Assembly (NCBI RefSeq): GCF_009914755.1
Contig: NC_060937.1
Length of the DNA: 64,000 bases
Source: the human T2T-CHM13v2.0 reference genome, Homo sapiens
Strand: one strand, 5' to 3'
The stretch's first letter is position 1. Every line of letters begins with the position of its first letter. The notes under the pieces are model-generated. The model did not search any database. It was not told the DNA's origin and saw only the letters and a program-made list of their open reading frames with translations. Made by a program: the position numbers and the translations under genes. Below are positions 34,001 to 49,780 of this stretch, piece after piece.

Positions 34001-34300
34001 ATATTATATTAGGTACATAAAATATGAAAGTACATCAAATATAGATTATATACTGTACATAAAATACCAAAGTACCCCAAATATATATTTTATACTGTAC
34101 ATGAAATATCAAAGTTCACACACTATATATTATATACTGTACATAAATTATCAAAGTACCCAAGGTATATATTCTATACTGTACAAAAAATATCAAAGTA
34201 CCCAAAGCATGTATTATATATTGTACATAAAATATGAAAGTACATCAAATATATATTTTATTCTGTACATAAAATATCAAAGTACACCAGATATATATTC
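13050..34300 (+). repeat. About 10-11 kb block duplication (about 13.05-22.7 kb vs about 24.1-34.3 kb)
   Basis: Colinear shared rare variants with stepwise offsets: 11040 (13198/24238, 14441/25481), 11286 (15313/26599), 9329 (18728/28057), 10122 (19365/29487) and 11624 (20489/32113, 21726/33350). Confidence 0.88.
14365..18900 (+). repeat. Tandem 1,957-bp super-repeat (two full copies plus a partial third)
   Basis: Identical ORFs at 14441/16398/18355, 14814/16771, 15313/17270 and 15686/17643, all with offset 1957 = 373+499+373+378+334. Confidence 0.92.
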
Positions 34301-37300
34301 TATAGTGTACATAAAATATCAACGTACCCAAACTATACATTATATACTGTACATAAAATATGAAATTACATCAAATATATATTATATTAGGTACATAAAA
34401 TATGAAAGTACATCAAATATAGATTATATACTGTACATAAAATATCAAAGTACCCCAAATATATATTATATACTCTACATGAAATATCAAAGTTCACAAA
34501 CTATATATTATATACTGTACATAAAATATCAAAGTACCCAAGGTATATATTCTATACTGTACAAAAAATATCAAAGTATCCAAAGCATGTATTATATACT
34601 GTATATAAAATATGAAAGTACATTAAATATATATTTTATTCTGTACATAAAATATCAAAGTACACCAGATATATATTCTATAGTGTACATAAAATAACAA
34701 AGTACGCAAACTATAAATTATATACTGTACATAAAATATGAAATTACATCAAATATATATTAGGTACATAAAATATGAAAGTACATCAAATATATATTAT
34801 ATTCTGTACATATAATATCAATGTACCCCAAATATATATTTTATACTCTACATGAAATATCAAAGTTCACAAACCATACATTATATACTGTACATAAAAT
34901 ATCAAAGTACCCAAGGTATATATTCTATACTGTACAAAAAATATCAAAGTACCCAAAGCATGTATTATATACTGTACATAAAATATGAAAGTACATCAAA
35001 TATATATTTTATTCTGTACATAAAATATGAAAGTACACCAGATATATATTCTATAGTGTACATAAAATATCAACGTACCCAAACTATACATTATATACTG
35101 TACATAAAATATGAAATTACATCAAATATATATTATATTAGGTACATAAAATATGAAAGCACATCAAATATAGATTATATACTGTACTTTAAATACCAAA
35201 GTACCCCAAATATATATTTTATACTGTACATCAAATATCAAAGTTCACAAACTATATATTATATACTGTACATAAAATATCAAAGTACCAATGGTATATA
35301 TTCTATACTGTACAAAAAATATCAAAGTACCCAAAGCATGTATTATATACTGTACATAAAATATGAAAGTACATCAAATATATATTTTATTCTGTACATA
35401 AAATATCAAAGTACACCAGATATATATTCTATAGTGTACATAAAATATCAAAGTACCCAAACTATACATTATATACTGTACATAAAATATGAAATTACAT
35501 CAAATATATATTATATTAGGTACATAAAATATGAAAGCACATCAAATATAGATTATATACTGTACATTAAATACCAAAGTACCCCAAATATATATTTTAT
35601 ACTGTACATCAAATATCAAAGTTCACAAACTATATATTATATACTGTACATAAAATATCAAAGTACCCATGGTATATATTCTACACTGTACAAAAAATAT
35701 CAAAGTACCCAAAGCATGTATTATATACTGTATATAAAATATGAAAGTACATCACATACATATTTTATTCTGTACATAAAATATCAAAGTACACCAGATA
35801 TATATTCTATAGTGTACATAAAATAACAAAGTACAAAAACTATAAATTATATGCTGTACATAAAATATGAAATTACCTCAAATATATATTAGGTACATAA
35901 AATATGAAAGTACATCAAATATAGATTATATACTGTACATAAAATATCAATGTACCCCAAATATATATTTTATACTCTACATGAAATATCAAAGTTCACA
36001 AACCATATATTATATACTGTACATAAAATATCAAAGTACCCAAGGTATATATTCTATACTGTACAAAAAATATCAAAGTACCCAAAGCATGTATTATATA
36101 CTGTACATAAAATATGAAACTACATCAAATATATATTTTATTCTGTACATAAAATATCAAAGTACACCAGATATATATTCTATAGTGTACATAAAATATC
36201 AATGTACCCAAACTATACTTTATATACTGTACATAAAATATGAAATTACATCAAATATATATTATATTAGGTACATAAAATATGAAAGCACATCAAATAT
36301 AGATTATATACTGTACTTTAAATACCAAAATACCCCAAATATATATTTTATACTGTACATCAAATATCAAAGTTCACAAACTATATATTATATACTGTAC
36401 ATAAAATATCAAAGTACCCATGGTATATATTCTATACTGTACAAAAAATATCAAAGTACCCAAAGCATGTATTATATACTGTACATAAAATATGAAAGTA
36501 CATCAAATATATATTTTATTCTGTACATAAAATATCAAAGTACACCAGATATATATTCTATAGTGTACATAAAATATAAAAGTACCCAAACTATACATTA
36601 TATACTGTACATAAAATATGAAATTACATCAAATATATATTAGGTACATAAAATATGAAAGTACATCAAATATAGATTATATACTGTACATAAAATATCA
36701 AAGTACCCCAAATATATATTATATACTCTACATGAAATATCAAAGTTCACAACTATATATTATATACTGTACATAAAATATCAAACTACCCAAGGTATAT
36801 ATTCTATACTGTACAAAAAATATCAAAGTACCCAAAGCATGTATTATATACTGTATATAAAATATGAAAGTACATTAAATATATATTTTATTCTGTACAT
36901 AAAATATCAAAGTACACCAGATATATATTCTATAGTGTACATAAAATAACAAAGTACACAAACTATAAATTATATACTGTACATAAAATATGAAATTACA
37001 TCAAATATATATTAGGTACATAAAATATGAAAGTACATCAAATATAGATTATATACTGTACATATAATATCAATGTACCCCAAATATATATTTTATACTC
37101 TACATGAAATATCAAAGTTCACAAACCATACATTATATACTGCACATAAAATATCAAAGTACCCAAGGTATATATTCTATACTGTACAAAAAATATCAAA
37201 GTACCCAAAGCATGTATTTTATACTGTACATAAAATATGAAAGTACATCAAATATATATTTTATTCTGTACATAAAATATCAAAGTACACCAGATATATA

Positions 37301-40300
37301 TTCTATAGTGTACATAAAATATCAAAGTACCCAAACTATACATTATATACTGTACATAAAATATGAAATTACATCAAATATATATTAGGTACATAAAATA
37401 GGAAAGTACATCAAATATAGATTATATACTGTACATAAAATATCAATGTACCCCAAATATATATTTTATACTCTACATGAAATATCAAAGTTCACAAACC
37501 ATATATTATATAATGTACATAAAATATCAAAGTTCCCAAGGTATATATTCTATACTGTACAAAAAATATCAAATTACCCAAAGCATTTATTATATACTGT
37601 ACATAAAATATGAAAGTACATCAAATATATATTTTATTCTGTACATAAAATATCAAAGTACACCAGATATATATTCTATAGTGTACATAAAATATCAAAG
37701 TACCCAAACTATACATTATACACTGTACATAAAATATGAAATTACATCAAATATATATTATATTAGGTACATAAAATATGAAAGTACATCAAATATAGAT
37801 TATATACTGTACATAAAATACCAAAGTACCCCAAATATATATTTTATACTGTACATGAAATATCAAAGTTCACACACTATATATTATATACTGTACATAA
37901 ATTATCAAAGTACCCAAGGTATATATTCTATACTGTACAAAAAATATCAAAGTACCCAAAGCATGTATTATATATTGTACATAAAATATGAAAGTACATC
38001 AAATATATATTTTATTCTGTACATAAAATATCAAAGTACACCAGATATATATTCTATAGTGTACATAAAATATCAAAGTACCCAAACTATACATTATATA
38101 CTGTACATAAAATATGAAATTACATCAAATATATATTATATTAGGTACCTAAAATATGAAAGTACATCAAATATAGATTATATACTGTACATAAAATATG
38201 AAATTACCCCAAATATATATTATATACTCTACATGAAATATCAAAGTTCACAAACTATATATTATATACTGTACATAAAATATCAAAGTACCCAAGGTAT
38301 ATATTCTATACTGTACAAAAAATATCAAAGTATCCAAAGCATGTATTATATACTGTATATAAAATATGAAAGTACATTAAATATATATTTTATTCTGTAC
38401 ATAAAATATCAAAGTACACCAGATATATATTCTATAGTGTACATAAAATAACAAAGTACGCAAACTATAAATTATATACTGTACATAAAATATGAAATTA
38501 CATCAAATATATATTAGGTACATAAAATATGAAAGTACATCAAATATATATTATATTCTGTACATATAATATCAATGTACCCCAAATATATATTTTATAC
38601 TCTACATGAAATATCAAAGTTCACAAACCATACATTATATACTGTACATAAAATATCAAAGTACCCAAGGTATATATTCTATACTGTACAAAAAATATCA
38701 AAGTACCCAAAGCATGTATTATATACTGTACATAAAATATGAAAGTACATCAAATAAATATTTTATTCTGTACATAAAATATCAAAGTACACCAGATATA
38801 TATTCTATAGTGTACATAAAATATCAAAGTACCCAAACTATTGATTATATACTGTACATAAAATATGAAATTACATCAAATATATATTATATTAGGTACA
38901 TAAAATATGAAAGTACATCAAATATAGATTATATACTGTACATGAAATACCAAAGTACCCCAAATATATATTTTATACGGTACATGAAATATCAAAGTTC
39001 ACAAACTATATATTATATACTGTATATAAAATATCAAAGTACCCAAGGTATATATTCCATACTGTACAAAAAATATCAAAGTACCCAAAGCATGTATTAT
39101 ATACTGTACATAAAATATGAAAGTACATCAAATATATATTTTATTCTGTACAGAAAATATCAAAGTACACCAGATATATATTCTATAGTGTACATAAAAT
39201 ATCAAAGTACCCAAACTATACATTATATACTGTACATAAAATATGAAATTACATCAAATTTATATTAGGTACATAAAATATGAAAGTACATCAAATATAG
39301 ATTATATACTGTACATAAAATATCAAAGTACCCCAAATATATATTATATACTCTACATGAAATATCAAAGTTCACAAACTATATATTATATACTGTACAT
39401 AAAATATCAAAGTACCCAAGGTATATATTCTATACTGTACAAAAAATATCAACGTACCCAAAGCATGTATTATATACTCTATATAAAATATGAAAGTACA
39501 TCACATATATATTTTATTCTGTACATAAAATATCAAAGTACACCAGATATATATTCTATAGTGTACATAAAATAACAAAGTACAAAAACTATAAATTATA
39601 TGCTGTACATAAAATATGAAATTACATCAAATATATATTAGGTACATAAAATATGAAAGTACATCAAATATAGATTATATACTGTACATAAAATATCAAT
39701 GTACCCCAAATATATATTTTATACTCTACATGAAATATCAAAGTTCACAAACCATATATTATATACTGTACATAAAATATTAAAGTACCCAAGGTATAAA
39801 TTCTATACTGTACAAAAAATATCAAAGTACCCAAAGCATGTATTATATACTGTACATAAAATATGAAAGTACATCAAATATATATTTTATTCTGTACATA
39901 AAATATCAAAGTACACCAGATATATATTCTATAGTGTACATAAAATATCAAAGTACCCAAACTATACATTATATACTGTACATAAAATATGAAATTACAT
40001 CAAATATATATTATATTAGGTACATAAAATATGAAAGCACATCAAATATAGATTATATACTGTACATAAAATACCAAAGTACCCAAAATATATATTTTAT
40101 ACTGTACATCAAATATCAAAGTTCACAAACTATATATTATATACTGTACATAAAATATCAAAGTACCCATGGTATATATTCTACACTGTACAAAAAATAT
40201 CAAAGTACCCAAAGCATGTATTATATACTGTATATAAAATATGAAAGTACATCACATATATATTTTATTCTGTACATAAAATATCAAAGTACACCAGATA

Positions 40301-43300
40301 TATATTCTATAGTGTACATAAAATAACAAAGTTCAAAAACTATAAATTATATGCTGTACATAAAATATGAAATTACATCAAATATATATTAGGTACATAA
40401 AATATGAAAGTACATCAAATATAGATTATATACTGTACATAAAATATCAATGTACCCCAAATATATATTTTATACTCTACATGAAATATGAAAGTTCACA
40501 AACCATATATTATATACTGTACATAAAATATCAAAGTACCCAAGGTATATATTCTATACTGTACAAAAAATATCAAAGTACACAAAGCATGTATTATATA
40601 TTTACATAAAATATGAAACTACATCAAATATATATTTTATTCTGTACATAAAATATGAAAGTACACCAGATATATATTCTATAGTGTACATAAAATATCA
40701 AAGTACCCAAACTATACATTATATACTGTACATAAAATATGAAATTACATCAAATATATATTATATTAGGTACATAAAATATGAAAGTACATCAAATATA
40801 GATTATATACTGTACATAAAATACCAAAGTACCCCAAATATATATTTTATACTGTACATGAAATATCAAAGTTCACACACTATATATTATATACTGTACA
40901 TAAATTATCAAAGTACCCAAGGTATATATTCTATACTGTACAAAAAATATCAAAGTACCCAAAGCATGTATTATATATTGTACATAAAATATGAAAGTAC
41001 ATCAAATATATATTTTATTCTGTTCATAAAATATCAAAGTACACCAGATATATATTCTATAGTGTACATAAAATATCAAAGTACCCAAACTATACATTAT
41101 ATACTGTACATAAAATATGAAATTACATCAAATATATATTATATTAGGTACCTAAAATATGAAAGTACATCAAATATAGATTATATACTGTACATAAAAT
41201 ATGAAATTACCCCAAATATATATTATATACTCTACATGAAATATCAAAGTTCACAAACTATATATTATATACTGTACATAAAATATCAAAGTACCCAAGG
41301 TATATATTCTATACTGTACAAAAAATATCAAAGTATCCAAAGCATGTATTATATACTGTATATAAAATATGAAAGTACATTAAATATATATTTTATTCTG
41401 TACATAAAATATCAAAGTACACCAGATATATATTCTATAGTGTACATAAAATAACAAAGTACGCAAACTATAAATTATATACTGTACATAAAATATGAAA
41501 TTACATCAAATATATATTAGGTACATAAAATATGAAAGTACATCAAATATATATTATATTCTGTACATATAATATCAATGTACCCCAAATATATATTTTA
41601 TACTCTACATGAAATATCAAAGTTCACAAACCATACATTATATACTGTACATAAAATATCAAAGTACCCAAGGTATATATTCTATACTGTACAAAAAATA
41701 TCAAAGTACCCAAAGCATGTATTAAATACTGTACATAAAATATGAAAGTACATCAAATAAATATTTTATTCTGTACATAAAATATCAAAGTACACCAGAT
41801 ATATATTCTATAGTGTACATAAAATATCAAAGTACCCAAACTATACATTATATACTGTACATAAAATATGAAATTACATCAAATATATATTATATTAGGT
41901 ACCTAAAATATGAAAGTACATCAAATATAGATTATATACTGTACATAAAATATCAAAGTACCCCAAATATATATTATATACTGTACATGAAATATCAAAG
42001 TTCACAAACTATATATTATATACTGTACATAAAATATCAAAGTACCCAAGGTATATATTCTATACTGTACAAAAAATATGAAAGTACCCAAAGCATGTAT
42101 TATATACTGTATATAAAATATGAAAGTACATTAAATATATATTTTATTCTGTACATAAAATATCAAAGTACACCAGATATATATTCTATAGTGTACATAA
42201 AATAACAAAGTACGCAAACTATAAATTATATACTGTACATAAAATATGAAATTACATCAAATATATATTAGGTACATAAAATATGAAAGTACATCAAATA
42301 TAGATTATATACTGTACATAAAATATCAATGTACCCCAAGTATATATTTTATACTCTACATGAAATATCAAAGTTCACAAACCATATATTATATACTGTA
42401 CATAAAATATCAAAGTACCCAAGGTATATATTCTATACTGTACAAAAAATATCAAAGTACCCAAAGCATGTATTATATACTGTACATAAAATATGAAAGT
42501 ACATCAAATAAATATTTTATTCTGTACATAAAATATCAAAGTACACCAGATATATATTCTATAGTGTACATAAAATATCAAAGTACCCAAACTATTGATT
42601 ATATACTGTACATAAAATATGAAATTACATCAAATATATATTATATTAGGTACATAAAATATGAAAGTACATCAAATATAGATTATATACTGTACATGAA
42701 ATACCAAAGTACCCCAAATATATATTTTATACGGTACATGAAATATCAAAGTTCACAAACTATATATTATATACTGTATATAAAATATCAAAGTACCCAA
42801 GGTATATATTCCATACTGTACAAAAAATATCAAAGTACCCAAAGCATGTATTATATACTGTACATAAAATATGAAAGTACATCAAATATATATTTTATTC
42901 TGTACAGAAAATATGAAAGTACACCAGATATATATTCTATAGTGTACATAAAATATCAAAGTACCCAAACTATACATTATATACTGTACATAAAATATGA
43001 AATTACATCAAATTTATATTAGGTACATAAAATATGAAAGTACATCAAATATAGATTATATACTGTACATAAAATATCAAAGTACCCCAAATATATATTA
43101 TATACTCTACATGAAATATCAAAGTTCACAAACTATATGTTATATACTGTACATAAAATATCAAAGTACCCAAGGTATATATTCTATACTGTACAAAAAA
43201 TATCAACGTACCCAAAGCATGTATTATATACTCTATATAAAATATGAAAGTACATCACATATATATTTTATTCTGTACATAAAATATCAAAGTACACCAG

Positions 43301-46300
43301 ATATATATTCTATAGTGTACATAAAATAACAAAATACAAAAACTATAAATTATATGCTGTACATAAAATATGAAATTACATCAAATATATATTAGGTACA
43401 TAAAATATGAAAGTACATCAAATATAGATTATATACTGTACATAAAATATCAATGTACCCCAAATATATATTTTATACTCTACATGAAATATCAAAGTTC
43501 ACAAACCATATATTATATACTGTACATAAAATATTAAAGTACCCAAGGTATAAATTCTATACTGTACAAAAAATATCAAAGTACCCAAAGCATGTATTAT
43601 ATACTGTACATAAAATATGAAAGTACATCAAATATATATTTTATTCTGTACATAAAATATCAAAGTACACCAGATATATATTCTATAGTGTACATAAAAT
43701 ATCAAAGTACCCAAACTATACATTATATACTGTACATAAAATATGAAATTACATCAAATATATATTATATTAGGTACATAAAATATGAAAGCACATCAAA
43801 TATAGATTATATACTGTACATAAAATACCAAAGTACCCAAAATATATATTTTATACTGTACATCAAATATCAAAGTTCACAAACTATATATTATATACTG
43901 TACATAAAATATCAAAGTACCCATGGTATATATTCTACACTGTACAAAAAATATCAAAGTACCCAAAGCATGTATTATATACTGTACATAAAATATGAAA
44001 GTACATCAAATAAATATTTTATTCTGTACATAAAATATCAAAGTACACCAGATATATATTCTATAGTGTACATAAAATATCAAAGTACCCAAACTATTGA
44101 TTATATACTGTACATAAAATATGAAATTACATCAAATATATATTATATTAGGTACATAAAATATGAAAGTACATCAAATATAGATTATATACTGTACATG
44201 AAATACCAAAGTACCCCAAATATATATTTTATACGGTACATGAAATATCAAAGTTCACAAACTATATATTATATACTGTATATAAAATATCAAAGTACCC
44301 AAGGTATATATTCCATACTGTACAAAAAATATCAAAGTACCCAAAGCATGTATTATATACTGTACATAAAATATGAAAGTACATCAAATATATATTTTAT
44401 TCTGTACAGAAAATATGAAAGTACACCAGATATATATTCTATAGTGTACATAAAATATCAAAGTACCCAAACTATACATTATATACTGTACATAAAATAT
44501 GAAATTACATCAAATTTATATTAGGTACATAAAATATGAAAGTACATCAAATATAGATTATATACTGTACATAAAATATCAAAGTACCCCAAATATATAT
44601 TATATACTCTACATGAAATATCAAAGTTCACAAACTATATGTTATATACTGTACATAAAATATCAAAGTACCCAAGGTATATATTCTATACTGTACAAAA
44701 AATATCAACGTACCCAAAGCATGTATTATATACTCTATATAAAATATGAAAGTACATCACATATATATTTTATTCTGTACATAAAATATCAAAGTACACC
44801 AGATATATATTCTATAGTGTACATAAAATAACAAAATACAAAAACTATAAATTATATGCTGTACATAAAATATGAAATTACATCAAATATATATTAGGTA
44901 CATAAAATATGAAAGTACATCAAATATAGATTATATACTGTACATAAAATATCAATGTACCCCAAATATATATTTTATACTCTACATGAAATATGAAAGT
45001 TCACAAACCATATATTATATACTGTACATAAAATATCAAAGTACCCAAGGTATATATTCTATACTGTACAAAAAATATCAAAGTACACAAAGCATGTATT
45101 ATATATTTACATAAAATATGAAACTACATCAAATATATATTTTATTCTGTACATAAAATATGAAAGTACACCAGATATATATTCTATAGTGTACATAAAA
45201 TATCAAAGTACCCAAACTATACATTATATACTGTACATAAAATATGAAATTACATCAAATATATATTATATTAGGTACATAAAATATGAAAGTACATCAA
45301 ATATAGATTATATACTGTACATAAAATACCAAAGTACCCCAAATATATATTTTATACTGTACATGAAATATCAAAGTTCACACACTATATATTATATACT
45401 GTACATAAATTATCAAAGTACCCAAGGTATATATTCTATACTGTACAAAAAATATCAAAGTACCCAAAGCATGTATTATATATTGTACATAAAATATGAA
45501 AGTACATCAAATATATATTTTATTCTGTTCATAAAATATCAAAGTACACCAGATATATATTCTATAGTGTACATAAAATATCAAAGTACCCAAACTATAC
45601 ATTATATACTGTACATAAAATATGAAATTACATCAAATATATATTATATTAGGTACCTAAAATATGAAAGTACATCAAATATAGATTATATACTGTACAT
45701 AAAATATGAAATTACCCCAAATATATATTATATACTCTACATGAAATATCAAAGTTCACAAACTATATATTATATACTGTACATAAAATATCAAAGTACC
45801 CAAGGTATATATTCTATACTGTACAAAAAATATCAAAGTATCCAAAGCATGTATTATATACTGTATATAAAATATGAAAGTACATTAAATATATATTTTA
45901 TTCTGTACATAAAATATCAAAGTACACCAGATATATATTCTATAGTGTACATAAAATAACAAAGTACGCAAACTATAAATTATATACTGTACATAAAATA
46001 TGAAATTACATCAAATATATATTAGGTACATAAAATATGAAAGTACATCAAATATATATTATATTCTGTACATATAATATCAATGTACCCCAAATATATA
46101 TTTTATACTCTACATGAAATATCAAAGTTCACAAACCATACATTATATACTGTACATAAAATATCAAAGTACCCAAGGTATATATTCTATACTGTACAAA
46201 AAATATCAAAGTACCCAAAGCATGTATTAAATACTGTACATAAAATATGAAAGTACATCAAATAAATATTTTATTCTGTACATAAAATATCAAAGTACAC

Positions 46301-48630
46301 CAGATATATATTCTATAGTGTACATAAAATATCAAAGTACCCAAACTATACATTATATACTGTACATAAAATATGAAATTACATCAAATATATATTATAT
46401 TAGGTACCTAAAATATGAAAGTACATCAAATATAGATTATATACTGTACATAAAATATCAAAGTACCCCAAATATATATTATATACTGTACATGAAATAT
46501 CAAAGTTCACAAACTATATATTATATACTGTACATAAAATATCAAAGTACCCAAGGTATATATTCTATACTGTACAAAAAATATGAAAGTACCCAAAGCA
46601 TGTATTATATACTGTATATAAAATATGAAAGTACATTAAATATATATTTTATTCTGTACATAAAATATCAAAGTACACCAGATATATATTCTATAGTGTA
46701 CATAAAATAACAAAGTACGCAAACTATAAATTATATACTGTACATAAAATATGAAATTACATCAAATATATATTAGGTACATAAAATATGAAAGTACATC
46801 AAATATAGATTATATACTGTACATAAAATATCAATGTACCCCAAGTATATATTTTATACTCTACATGAAATATCAAAGTTCACAAACCATATATTATATA
46901 CTGTACATAAAATATCAAAGTACCCAAGGTATATATTCTATACTGTACAAAAAATATCAAAGTACCCAAAGCATGTATTATATACTGTACATAAAATATG
47001 AAAGTACATCAAATAAATATTTTATTCTGTACATAAAATATCAAAGTACACCAGATATATATTCTATAGTGTACATAAAATATCAAAGTACCCAAACTAT
47101 TGATTATATACTGTACATAAAATATGAAATTACATCAAATATATATTATATTAGGTACATAAAATATGAAAGTACATCAAATATAGATTATATACTGTAC
47201 ATGAAATACCAAAGTACCCCAAATATATATTTTATACGGTACATGAAATATCAAAGTTCACAAACTATATATTATATACTGTATATAAAATATCAAAGTA
47301 CCCAAGGTATATATTCCATACTGTACAAAAAATATCAAAGTACCCAAAGCATGTATTATATACTGTACATAAAATATGAAAGTACATCAAATATATATTT
47401 TATTCTGTACAGAAAATATGAAAGTACACCAGATATATATTCTATAGTGTACATAAAATATCAAAGTACCCAAACTATACATTATATACTGTACATAAAA
47501 TATGAAATTACATCAAATTTATATTAGGTACATAAAATATGAAAGTACATCAAATATAGATTATATACTGTACATAAAATATCAAAGTACCCCAAATATA
47601 TATTATATACTCTACATGAAATATCAAAGTTCACAAACTATATGTTATATACTGTACATAAAATATCAAAGTACCCAAGGTATATATTCTATACTGTACA
47701 AAAAATATCAACGTACCCAAAGCATGTATTATATACTCTATATAAAATATGAAAGTACATCACATATATATTTTATTCTGTACATAAAATATCAAAGTAC
47801 ACCAGATATATATTCTATAGTGTACATAAAATAACAAAATACAAAAACTATAAATTATATGCTGTACATAAAATATGAAATTACATCAAATATATATTAG
47901 GTACATAAAATATGAAAGTACATCAAATATAGATTATATACTGTACATAAAATATCAATGTACCCCAAATATATATTTTATACTCTACATGAAATATCAA
48001 AGTTCACAAACCATATATTATATACTGTACATAAAATATTAAAGTACCCAAGGTATAAATTCTATACTGTACAAAAAATATCAAAGTACCCAAAGCATGT
48101 ATTATATACTGTACATAAAATATGAAAGTACATCAAATATATATTTTATTCTGTACATAAAATATCAAAGTACACCAGATATATATTCTATAGTGTACAT
48201 AAAATATCAAAGTACCCAAACTATACATTATATACTGTACATAAAATATGAAATTACATCAAATATATATTATATTAGGTACATAAAATATGAAAGCACA
48301 TCAAATATAGATTATATACTGTACATAAAATACCAAAGTACCCAAAATATATATTTTATACTGTACATCAAATATCAAAGTTCACAAACTATATATTATA
48401 TACTGTACATAAAATATCAAAGTACCCATGGTATATATTCTACACTGTACAAAAAATATCAAAGTACCCAAAGCATGTATTATATACTGTATATAAAATA
48501 TGAAAGTACATCACATATATATTTTATTCTGTACATAAAATATCAAAGTACACCAGATATATATTCTATAGTGTACATAAAATAACAAAGTTCAAAAACT
48601 ATAAATTATATGCTGTACATAAAATATGAA
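31700..48630 (+). repeat. Region with 3,754-bp (10-HOR) and related 1502/3003/4505-bp super-periods
   Basis: Offsets 3754 (32113/35867, 33350/37104, 34852/38606, 39243/42997, 39838/43592), 4505 (40367/44872, 41813/46318, 42246/46751, 43592/48097), 1502 (42997/44499) and 3003 (44499/47502, ORF ends 38451/41454). Confidence 0.88.
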
Positions 48631-49780
48631 ATTACATCAAATATATATTAGGTACATAAAATATGAAAGTACATCAAATATAGATTATATACTGTACATA
48701 AAATACCAAAGTACCCCAAATACATATTATATACTGTACATGAAATATCAAAGTTCACAAACTATATATTATATACTGTACATAAAATATCAAAGTACCC
48801 AAGGTATATATTCTATACTGTACAAAAAATATCAAAGTACCCCAAGCAAGTATTATATACTGTACATAAAATATGAAAGTACATCAAATATATATTTTAT
48901 TCTGTACATAAAGTATCAAAGTACACCAAATATATATCCTATAGTGTACATAAAATATCAAAGTACCCAAACTATACATTATATACTGTACATAAAATAT
49001 GAAATTACATCAAATATATATTATATTAGGTACATAAAATATGAAAGCACATTAAATATAGATTATATACTGTACTTTAAATACCAAAGTACACCAAATA
49101 TATATTTTATACTGTACATCAAATATCAAAGTTCACGAACTATATATTATATACTGTACATAAAATATCAAAGTACCAATGGTATATATTCTATACTGTA
49201 CAAAAAATATCAAAGTACCCAAAGCATGTATTATATACTGTACATAAAATATGAAAGTACATCAAATATATATTTTATTCTGTACATAAAATATCAAAGT
49301 ACACCAGATATATATTCTATAGTGTACATAAAATATCAACGTACCCAAACTATACATTATATACTGTACATAAAATATGAAATTAGATCAAATATATATT
49401 ATATTAGGTACATAAAATATGAAAGTACATCAAATATAGATTATATACTGTACATAAAATATCAAAGTACCCCAAATATATATTATATACTCTACATGAA
49501 ATATCAAAGTTCACAAACTATATATTATATACTGTACATAAAATATCAAAGTACCCAAGGTATATATTCTATACTGTACAAAAAATATCAAAGTATCCAA
49601 AGCATGTATTATATACTGTATATAAAATATGAAAGTACATTAAATATATATTTTATTCTGTACATAAAATATCAAAGTACACCAGATATATATTCTATAG
49701 TGTACATAAAATAACAAAGTACGCAAACTATAAATTATATACTGTACATAAAATATGAAATTACATCAAATATATATTAG

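Larger units (their letters stand above)
6401..49780 (+). repeat. HOR subfamily D core domain (mixed 373/378-bp units, many recent kb-scale duplications)
   Basis: m8 reads acaccagata. Frequent 5-bp deletion in m1 with linked variants aaaataacaaagt, actataaattat, caatgtacccc, ctctacatg and caaaccata. One N-type unit lies at about 48700-49000. Confidence 0.85.
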
